From: a virus
DNA length: 64,000 nt
Direction: 5' to 3' (one strand)
IMG/VR virus record: IMGVR_UViG_3300009094_000001
Span: 1-64,000 of that record
Shown: piece after piece, positions 57,358 through 64,000 of the stretch
How the letters are laid out: the number at the start of each line of letters is the position of its first letter
Position numbering within the stretch: position 1 is the stretch's first letter
Notes under the pieces: generated by a model
What the model saw: the letters and a program-made list of their open reading frames with translations, nothing else
Told to the model about the DNA's origin: nothing
Database searches by the model: none
Translations under genes and position numbers: made by a program

Positions 57358-57387
57358 AAAGGTCCGCAAAACGAACCCAAAGTCAAG
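57358..57387 (-). promoter_or_regulatory. Phage promoter motif copy 7 (RNA cluster/sugar island)
   Basis: CTTGAC tttgggttcgttttgc GGACCTTT. Confidence 0.8.
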
Positions 57388-57464
57388 CTACCGAACGCCC
57401 TTCGCTGCGACGAAAATGAACAGCACTGTGATGGCGACGAACGCTGCAAAAATCTCTACATTAG

Positions 57465-57740
57465 TCATGGCGCAACCTTATCACCGTTCTCCGGCTTGTC
57501 AAGCGGAAATTTCTCGTTGAAATTCGTGCAGCCCTCCGTCCGGCAGGTGGTGCCCCGCTTTGACGTGACGAGGATTTCCCCGCAGTCGGGACAGCGTTCG
57601 GGGTTGCCGGCGGTGTGGACGTTTTCTCCTGCAAGTCCACATTCCTTGCGTAACACTCGTTTATGTGCACCCCGGGGGTTCAATACCCGGCCCTCCGTTT
57701 CTTGCGCTTCTTTGGGCACTTGCACTTGCGGGCTTCCCAT
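57465..57740 (-). CDS. Small Zn-ribbon protein
   Basis: CPDCG...C...C; true start may be the TTG at about 57683. Confidence 0.5.
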   Translation of the reverse strand: MGSPQVQVPKEAQETEGRVLNPRGAHKRVLRKECGLAGENVHTAGNPERCPDCGEILVTSKRGTTCRTEGCTNFNEKFPLDKPENGDKVAP

Positions 57741-57877
57741 TCGCCGTCTTCAATCCACGAGGCCGGCGTGAGCGGACCTCCGACCTTTTCGGAGTGCTTC
57801 GCGTTACCGGCAGAACCGGCGTTGAGCCGTCTTGCGTATCGCAGAAGCGATAGTGAGCCGTTGAGTGTGAGGTTCAT
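57680..57877 (-). CDS. Hypothetical protein
   Basis: MNLTLNG...; follows the previous stop. Confidence 0.4.
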   Translation of the reverse strand: MNLTLNGSLSLLRYARRLNAGSAGNAKHSEKVGGPLTPASWIEDGEWEARKCKCPKKRKKRRAGY

Positions 57878-57878
57878 A

Positions 57879-58082
57879 TTATTCAAAGCAGAGGTCGCCG
57901 AGGAAGGCGCAGCGGAGCTTTCCGCCCTGCGCCCCTCCAAACTTGTTGCATTCCTCCAGCCACGCCGTGCTGCCTTTATCGCCGTCAAAATTTATTGCGC
58001 GCAGGAGGTAGGTCTTCCCGGTCGGCCCCTCGTGGGCGAGCCGGACGACTCTATTCAGAAGGTCAACATGATTCGTTGTCAT
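57879..58082 (-). CDS. Hypothetical protein
   Basis: 67-aa ORF in the operon. Confidence 0.45.
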   Translation of the reverse strand: MTTNHVDLLNRVVRLAHEGPTGKTYLLRAINFDGDKGSTAWLEECNKFGGAQGGKLRCAFLGDLCFE

Positions 58083-58201
58083 TGCGACACGTTACCAGCA
58101 GATTTCGGGTTTGTCAAGGGAATTCCAGCCGTCGCCCCAGAGTTTTTCCAGCCGGGAAAAATAGTGCTCGTAGTCGCAACACAAACTCCACATGGAATAC
58201 T

Positions 58202-59080
58202 TCATGCGAGCCCGGTCGCTCCTGTTGGTCCGGTCGGCCCAGTTGCGCCCGTGTCCCCTGTTGGTATAAATTCTAGAACATATTCCTGCCCGTCGGTCGG
58301 TAAGGGGGAGCCCGCCGGGAACGAGACGGCCAAAGTAAAATAACCGCCAGAAGAGCTTATCGAGCTGACGAAAAAGGTATTGAGTAGGTTGTCAGTGTTA
58401 TCGTTGCTCTTGACCACCAGCGTCCCGCCGCCGGAGCCGACGATACCAACCGCTAAAACCGTCCAATAAGTTCCGAGGTTGATTCCCCCAACTGCATCCG
58501 CACTGACGTAAACTTCCGTAACGGCCGCGACGGCAGCATTGTTATATCGAAAAAAGCCCGAGCCCGGGTCGCTGTTGGTGGTGTCGTCACTGAAATCGTA
58601 TCGAAGCCCGCCCTTGTCGCCCTGCGGTCCAGTGGGTCCAGTGGGTCCTGTCGCGCCCGTGGCTCCGGTTGCTCCGGTTGCTCCGGTTGCTCCGGTTGCT
58701 CCGGTTGCTCCGGTTGCTCCGGTTGCTCCGGTTGGTCCCGTCGGCCCCGTTGGACCACTCGCCCCAGTGGCTCCAGTTGCGCCCGTAGGTCCAGTAACTC
58801 CGTCTGCGCCTGTCGGCCCCGTTGGACCACTCGCGCCGGTTGCGCCAGTCGGACCAGTAGCCCCGGTTGCACCGCTCGCTCCAGTCGGTCCAGTCGGTCC
58901 AGTCGGACCTGTTGCACCATCCACGCCGTCAATACCGTCGGTGCCATTAAGCCCCGGCGGTCCAGTGGGTCCCGTCGGCCCAGTTGGACCGGTAGGACCA
59001 CCCGAGGGAATTCCGTTTTCCAACGCCTGCGCAATTTTCTTGAGCAGTGTATTGTCTGAGTTGTAACAACAGTCTACCAT
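58202..59080 (-). CDS. Collagen-like protein (GPT/GAT repeats)
   Basis: Over 40 Gly-X-Y triplets, mostly ending in Thr; DPGSG.FRYN domain. Confidence 0.85.
   Translation of the reverse strand: MVDCCYNSDNTLLKKIAQALENGIPSGGPTGPTGPTGPTGPPGLNGTDGIDGVDGATGPTGPTGPTGASGATGATGPTGATGASGPTGPTGADGVTGPTGATGATGASGPTGPTGPTGATGATGATGATGATGATGATGATGATGPTGPTGPQGDKGGLRYDFSDDTTNSDPGSGFFRYNNAAVAAVTEVYVSADAVGGINLGTYWTVLAVGIVGSGGGTLVVKSNDNTDNLLNTFFVSSISSSGGYFTLAVSFPAGSPLPTDGQEYVLEFIPTGDTGATGPTGPTGATGLA
58662..58733 (-). repeat. Perfect 9-bp coding tandem repeat x8 (Gly-Ala-Thr)
   Basis: gctccggtt repeated 8 times. Confidence 0.95.
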
Positions 59081-59385
59081 TACGGAGGGGTCGGGCCGAG
59101 TGCAGTTGATAAAGCCGCGATTTCGTCTGCCGCTGCGGCTAGCGTAGCTGCGTCAGCGGCGGCGAATTTGCGTAGCAGCAACGCCACGTCGGTATTACCC
59201 GCCGAAGTTTCCTGAACAAAAATGGACTTCGCCCCCGAAATCGCCGAGGTAACTTGCTTGGAGAGTTTGTTCAGCGCTGAGCTTAGTGACCCGCCCGCCT
59301 GCTGCTTTATCGCGGCGACGGCGAAATCCGATAACGCCGAAAAGTCGGACGCCTGAAACGTCACCACGTCATTTACGATTGTCAT
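59080..59385 (-). CDS. Hypothetical Ala-rich protein
   Basis: MTIVNDVV...; coupled to the collagen gene. Confidence 0.6.
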   Translation of the reverse strand: MTIVNDVVTFQASDFSALSDFAVAAIKQQAGGSLSSALNKLSKQVTSAISGAKSIFVQETSAGNTDVALLLRKFAAADAATLAAAADEIAALSTALGPTPP

Positions 59386-59525
59386 ATCACTCCTAAAAGC
59401 TTGGCCCACTTTGTCAGCAGCCGGTTAATCGAGTCGTCCCGCTTTGGTGCGTGTAACCCGCCGGCAGCGTTGGAAAGCGCGCGGACGATAAGCACGAGAT
59501 ATTGCTGATTTGTCGAAGGTCCCAC
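59382..59525 (-). CDS. Small hypothetical protein (47 aa)
   Basis: Read manually: GTG start, MGPSTNQQYLVLIVRAL...[18 protein letters not shown]; ATGA overlap. Confidence 0.5.
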   Translation of the reverse strand: MGPSTNQQYLVLIVRALSNAAGGLHAPKRDDSINRLLTKWAKLLGVI

Positions 59526-59526
59526 G

Positions 59527-59793
59527 CTATGGAACTAACGTCACTGTAACGGTGCCGGGGGCAGACGGGAGGTCCGGGCCTTCTGCTTCGGCAGTAAAAG
59601 GTCCGTAGCCGATGAAGTTGTGCGCGCGGACGCGCCAGCGATATTTCCCGGCGGAAGGAGTCTCGAAAACGATGTGGTTGGTGTCCACGAGGGACTTCAC
59701 GTTCCAAAAACCATTGTCAATCTGTTCCCACACCTCGTAAGTGTCTACTAATTCGGAAGGGGAGTTCGCCGGCCAGTCGAGTCGGATGTTCAT
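59527..59793 (-). CDS. Fibronectin type III domain protein
   Basis: LDW...YEV...YRWRVRAHNFIGYGPF. Confidence 0.8.
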   Translation of the reverse strand: MNIRLDWPANSPSELVDTYEVWEQIDNGFWNVKSLVDTNHIVFETPSAGKYRWRVRAHNFIGYGPFTAEAEGPDLPSAPGTVTVTLVP

Positions 59794-59798
59794 GCATG

Positions 59799-59828
59799 AA
59801 AGGTCCGCAAAACGGGAGGGGAGTCAAG
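59799..59828 (-). promoter_or_regulatory. Phage promoter motif copy 8
   Basis: CTTGAC tcccctcccgttttgc GGACCTTT, 5 nt before the ATG. Confidence 0.8.
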
Positions 59829-59835
59829 CGTTGCG

Positions 59836-60348
59836 TCAGATGAAAAACTCGGGCTCTGGCAACGTCGGCGGTAGGCCAGCTCGTCGTCGCGCCGTGCGGA
59901 CACGATGGCAGTTGGAACACACCAAATCGCATTTTGCCATCTCCTTGAGAAGGTCTTCTCGCTTGGTCAGCTTCAACAAACTACTCACATTCGCGGATTT
60001 AGTCGAGGGGTCCCGGTGGTCAAAATCCATCGAGTGTGGATGAAAAATACCCCCGCAATCAGCGCATGGCTTTCGACTTTTTTCCGCCGCAATCATCTTA
60101 TAGCGGTCCCGGGAAAGCTGTCGGGACCATTCCTTTTGACGCTCTATTTTTGCCTCGGGGGGAAGCGCCACAAGCGCCCTCCTCCGAAGTAGCACGGCCT
60201 GTTTGTCGGGGGGTAGCGATGCCAATTTCTTAGCTCGGTCCTTCTCGGTTCGACAATCCCGACAGATATGGTCCCTAGCCCGCCGAGGGCCTTTTGAATG
60301 AAAGTGTTCTGGGGGTCTAATGGCTTTGCATCGATTACAAGTTTTCAT
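59836..60348 (-). CDS. HNH endonuclease
   Basis: PCADCG...MDFDHRD...EMAKCDLVCSNCHRVRT. Confidence 0.88.
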   Translation of the reverse strand: MKTCNRCKAIRPPEHFHSKGPRRARDHICRDCRTEKDRAKKLASLPPDKQAVLLRRRALVALPPEAKIERQKEWSRQLSRDRYKMIAAEKSRKPCADCGGIFHPHSMDFDHRDPSTKSANVSSLLKLTKREDLLKEMAKCDLVCSNCHRVRTARRRAGLPPTLPEPEFFI

Positions 60349-60354
60349 ACCCCC

Positions 60355-60384
60355 AAAGGTCCGCACTAAAAACCCAAAGTCAAG
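60355..60384 (-). promoter_or_regulatory. Phage promoter motif copy 9
   Basis: CTTGAC tttgggtttttagtgc GGACCTTT, 6 nt before the ATG. Confidence 0.8.
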
Positions 60385-60721
60385 GGCTTTTAACCTCGCG
60401 GGTCTCAAAAATAATATTGCCCGGGAGGCGTCGAGCGACATCGTGGGGCCCCCAAGTCCCCCGGGTCTATACCGATAAAGTGCTCAGAATCAGGACGTTT
60501 CGTCGGTCCGGCGGTTCGGTGGCAGGGCGCGCCACAGGCTGACGGATTGTGCCCAGTGTGCGGGCTACAGGTCGTTGAGGCGTAGTGACATCGAGGCGGT
60601 GGGGCGTTTTGGCGTGAGAATCACGCACCGACTGTGCCAAAAAGTCACTTCTGGGTCGTTTTGTCGCGCTTCGCTCGATTTAAATTCGCTCAAGCTGTAG
60701 GTCAAGCCACAAAATACCTGC

Positions 60722-60750
60722 TTGACAAGCTGCGCGCCGTGGTGTAATTT
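60722..60750 (+). promoter_or_regulatory. sigma70-like promoter (probably leaderless)
   Basis: TTGACA-17-TAATTT; ATG 60757 follows 6 nt later. Confidence 0.65.
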
Positions 60751-60849
60751 ATCGGCATGAGCAAAGAACTACTTCAACAGTCGGAACAACTGGGGCGCGA
60801 GTGCTGCCTTGGAAAACCAACCGACCGCTGAGAATCCGCAGGTAAATAT

Positions 60850-61086
60850 ATGAAGAACCGAGTTTTCTTTTTTCACTACAACAAGCCCGCGTCGCAAGCG
60901 CAAAAGAAAAACGTGCTGACGGTCCATTGGAAGGGTGCGTGCTGCCTCGCCCATCACATTAAATGTTTTCGGCCCGTCGAGACTGCACACCGGAAATCTC
61001 AGCCGCGCTGCGTCATCAAAGGAAAGGCCGAATCAATAGCTTTCTCTTTAACCGAGAGCGGCGAAACCCTCGCTACGATTATATGA
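60850..61086 (+). CDS. Hypothetical phage protein
   Basis: FFFHYNKP...VH..G.C...QPR. Confidence 0.65.
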   Translation: MKNRVFFFHYNKPASQAQKKNVLTVHWKGACCLAHHIKCFRPVETAHRKSQPRCVIKGKAESIAFSLTESGETLATII

Positions 61087-61274
61087 AAAGCGTTCGACGG
61101 AAAATAGTAAAAAGGTATCCACCCACGGCAATCCACGGGTGCTATGTCCGAATAGTCAAATTATCTTGCGGCCACGAACAAGAGATATCGAACGCTTTTT
61201 ATTCCCACACTGGAAGCACGACTATTTGTCACCGCTGCTCGGTTCCGAAGCAGGAGAATCCACAGCCTGTATGA
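61083..61274 (+). CDS. Small Zn-finger protein
   Basis: LSCGH...CHRC; ATGA coupled. Confidence 0.55.
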   Translation: MKSVRRKIVKRYPPTAIHGCYVRIVKLSCGHEQEISNAFYSHTGSTTICHRCSVPKQENPQPV

Positions 61275-61453
61275 AACTCTGGAGATTAACGCGAATCACA
61301 AAAACCCACGTCTATGTCCTTCCACTTTGTTACGGAGCTTGCTCCCGCGCACGGCAGCGCGGCCTGTCTCGACGAATCCCTATTGAGGAATTTCACCGGG
61401 ACTGGGAACGACTCCCTCAGCGCGAGTGCTGTCTTCGCCAGAGGACAGCTTGA
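61271..61453 (+). CDS. Hypothetical protein
   Basis: ATGA coupled, 60 aa. Confidence 0.45.
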   Translation: MKLWRLTRITKTHVYVLPLCYGACSRARQRGLSRRIPIEEFHRDWERLPQRECCLRQRTA

Positions 61454-61486
61454 CTACGAGGTCATCCTAAAAGCGTGGCAATGAGT

Positions 61487-63229
61487 TCACTCCACAGTAA
61501 CGCTCTTGGCCAGACCACGCGGCTTGTCCACGTCTCGGCCGAGTGCAACAGCGATGTGATACGCGAACAGTTGCAACGGTATCGCTGCCAGCATTGGCAC
61601 AAAGGGCTCAGCAGTCTCGGGCAGCCAGATTACGTCGTCAACCTCGGATGCGATGCTGTCGTTGCCCTCGGTAGCAAGTGCAATCACCGGACCACCACGG
61701 GACTTAATCTCGCGTAGGTTACTGAACGTCTTGCTGTATAGCCTACCGTTCGGTATGACGATGACGCTTGGGGTGCTGCTGTCAATCATCGCCAGCGGTC
61801 CATGCTTCATCTCTCCGGCTGGCAATCCTTCTGCGTGAATGTAGGAAATCTCCTTGAGCTTCAACGCGCCTTCCAACGCAATCGGGTAGTTGTATCCTCG
61901 GCCAAGGAAAAAGAAACTCTTGGCGTTTGCGTATTTGGTGGCGATGCTTTGAATTTCGTAATCCTTGGCGAGTAGCATTTCAATTTGCTCTGGTATCGCC
62001 TTGAGTGCGGATTGCAAAGCCTTGTCGTGGGGTGGAACTGCAAGTGAGGCTAGCACACGAAGCTGGGCGGTGAATGTTTTCGTCGCAGCCACTCCAATCT
62101 CGGGGCCCGCGTCTAGATAGATAACGCGGTGTGCTTCTCGCGCAAGCGTGCTGCCGGGCGCGTTACAGATTGCAACGGTCCAGTGGTCTTTGTTCTCGCG
62201 AACGCAGGCCAACGTGTCTGCCGTCTCTCCGCTTTGGGACAGCGCCAGAATCACAGGTCTTTTTCCAGTGACGTGGCTTGAATACCGGAACTCGCTAGCG
62301 AAATCAACCTGCGTAGGAATACCGGCGAACTCCTCAAAAAAGTATTTGCCAATCAGCGCTGCGTGTCTGCTCGTGCCGCAGGCGGGAATGAAAATCTGCT
62401 CGACTCCGCGTAGCGCAGATAGAGCCCCGTCGCTGCTGCTAATCCTTCTGATTACTTCCGGCTGCTCGTAAATCTCACTGAGCATCGCGTGGGGAAATCC
62501 TGCGCTGGGGTCAGTGGGCGGTGCGCTGCGCAGCCTCTTCATTTCTCTGAACTGTAGTTCAGGAGTAAGCGCCACTAAATCACCGTCCCGCAAGTAAACA
62601 ACATTCAGAGTGTGCTCGCGAATTGCCTCGGCATCGCTGGATAAAAACCTCTCGTTATCTCCAATGCCGACGACAAGGGGCAATCCTTTACAAGCGCCGA
62701 CCACCACACCGGGCCAATCCACACAGGCCACGGCGATTGCGTAGTCTCCGACGACCTCGCGCAAGGCATCAGCAACTGAGCTGGCTAGATGAAAACGCTT
62801 TTCGTAATACGCTCCAATCAACCACGCGAGAACTTCGCTATCCGTGCCGGAAGAGAACCGAGGCTCTCCTTGCAGCTCTCGAATACGGTTGTGCAGATAC
62901 CCAACGTTCTCGATGATGCCGTTATGGACAACTGCAATTCTCCCGCTCTTGTCAGTGTGTGGGTGCGCGTTGGCGTCACTCGGTTCTCCATGCGTGGCCC
63001 AGCGCGTGTGGCCGATACCGGTTGTTCCTCGAATCTCTACGGGGTCGGCGAGAAGGAGCGGCTCAAGGCCCTCGCTGATTTTCCCGGCCTTCTTGCGGAC
63101 AAACATTCGGTCATCTGACACGACTGCGAGGCCAGCGCTATCATAGCCCCGATACTCAAGCTTCTTGAGGCCGGCGAGGATAATCGGCTTGGCTTGGTGC
63201 TGCCCAACGTATCCGTAAATTCCACACAT
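61487..63229 (-). CDS. glmS: Glutamine--fructose-6-phosphate aminotransferase
   Basis: MCGI, EYRGYDSAG, GHTRWATHG, HNGIIEN, SQSGETADT, EGALKLKEISYIHAEG and PRGLAKSVTVE. Confidence 0.97.
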   Translation of the reverse strand: MCGIYGYVGQHQAKPIILAGLKKLEYRGYDSAGLAVVSDDRMFVRKKAGKISEGLEPLLLADPVEIRGTTGIGHTRWATHGEPSDANAHPHTDKSGRIAVVHNGIIENVGYLHNRIRELQGEPRFSSGTDSEVLAWLIGAYYEKRFHLASSVADALREVVGDYAIAVACVDWPGVVVGACKGLPLVVGIGDNERFLSSDAEAIREHTLNVVYLRDGDLVALTPELQFREMKRLRSAPPTDPSAGFPHAMLSEIYEQPEVIRRISSSDGALSALRGVEQIFIPACGTSRHAALIGKYFFEEFAGIPTQVDFASEFRYSSHVTGKRPVILALSQSGETADTLACVRENKDHWTVAICNAPGSTLAREAHRVIYLDAGPEIGVAATKTFTAQLRVLASLAVPPHDKALQSALKAIPEQIEMLLAKDYEIQSIATKYANAKSFFFLGRGYNYPIALEGALKLKEISYIHAEGLPAGEMKHGPLAMIDSSTPSVIVIPNGRLYSKTFSNLREIKSRGGPVIALATEGNDSIASEVDDVIWLPETAEPFVPMLAAIPLQLFAYHIAVALGRDVDKPRGLAKSVTVE

Positions 63230-63837
63230 TATGGTTTTTCCTCCGGGGTATCCGTAATCTGCTTAACAGTCACATCGACGCTGGACTTCAATTCGGATTC
63301 CACGTCGATGGCTTTGACCTTGGGGTTGTTGAGCGCCGACATCACCGCCATGTGCAGCGCGGTTGCGTTCATCTCTTCGGAGTCATTGTCAACGCGCTTC
63401 ACACGCTCGCCGGCAGTGTCGCCGAGTGCCGCGTATTTCATCGAGTGGCATTTCTCCATCGCTGCGGTGAGGTCCGCAAAAAACCGTCCGCTGACATGGC
63501 GTGAACCGTCCTTGGCCACGCTGGCGATTGCTTCAATAATCTCCTCGTTAGTCATGTCGGAGAACTGTTCCAACACGCGATTGATTAGCTCGCTGGTCTG
63601 GTGCGCCTGAACAAACGAAAGCGCGCGGTTCTGCGCTCGCTCGAAATCTCCGGGGCGTCCGGTTTTAGATAGGAGCGTGATGCGTCGGAGCTGCTCATTC
63701 CAACCCTCGTCTTTCGCCAGCTTGCGAACGAAGTCCGGGTCAAGGTTTAACGCATTGGCGGTTTTATCCACGTCCCCGACGAACGCGGAATAAACTAAAA
63801 AAATACGAACTATATTTACGTCATTTTTACCGCGCAT
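63229..63837 (-). CDS. HTH protein, possible terminase small subunit
   Basis: N-terminal HTH (VDKTANALNLDPDFVRKLAKDEGW) followed by helices; TAATG overlap with glmS. Confidence 0.5.
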   Translation of the reverse strand: MRGKNDVNIVRIFLVYSAFVGDVDKTANALNLDPDFVRKLAKDEGWNEQLRRITLLSKTGRPGDFERAQNRALSFVQAHQTSELINRVLEQFSDMTNEEIIEAIASVAKDGSRHVSGRFFADLTAAMEKCHSMKYAALGDTAGERVKRVDNDSEEMNATALHMAVMSALNNPKVKAIDVESELKSSVDVTVKQITDTPEEKP

Positions 63838-64000
63838 CTGCTTCCTCCTCGTGTTTTTTCAAGTAATCCTTTACCTTATCTAAGATTGATATCGACTCAC
63901 CTGCTAACCCAATCAGACAATTGCACTTTCCACACAACAAGCCCCGAACTTGGCCCGTCGTGTGGTTGTGGTCCACATGCAAGTCGCGTCCTTTGCTATC

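Noticed and set aside
57133-57771. 212-aa + strand ORF over the RNA cluster
   Set aside because: Opposite to the local transcription direction, TTG start, no motifs; the tRNA-like structures explain the region better.
58453-59066. QPE-repeat and PVA/PVG-repeat ORFs
   Set aside because: Alternative frames of the collagen repeat.
1-64000. Reverse transcriptase (DGR/retron) or stop-codon recoding
   Set aside because: No RT motifs seen, and long genes are intact under the standard code with all three stop codons in use.

Overview
The window is most of a roughly 58-60% GC (by eye) tailed dsDNA phage genome, probably podovirus-like because no tape measure or sheath gene is visible. Leaderless or Shine-Dalgarno-poor starts weakly suggest a PVC/Verrucomicrobia-type host. 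The + strand from 1 to 23.5 kb is a replication and host-takeover arm: partial serine recombinase, kinase, NUDIX, HD proteins, SF2 helicase, RNA ligase, Cas4-like nuclease, SSB, family A DNA polymerase, primase-helicase, sigma-70-family factor, RuvC, phosphoesterase, nucleotidyltransferase and an internally deleted UvrD. The - strand from 23.5 to 60.4 kb is a virion arm: a 2022-aa polyvalent ejection protein, tail and collagen fibres, capsid, scaffold, portal and terminase, plus a nucleotide-sugar/glycosyltransferase island. glmS and a probable small terminase lie at the right end. The main observations are: (1) nine copies of a CTTGAC-N16-GGACCTTW motif upstream of genes, matching a phage sigma factor with a conserved region 4.2 and a rewired region 2; (2) a separately promoted, about 224-nt nested-helix ncRNA ending in ACCA; (3) an about 400-nt cluster of three aberrant CCA-ending tRNA-like RNAs plus one more structured RNA; (4) a candidate virion glycosylation pathway alongside collagen fibres rich in GPT/GAT and tandem NGT repeats; (5) a candidate histone-fold protein; (6) apparent GATC avoidance. 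All assignments come from motif reading by eye, with no database searches or folding software.
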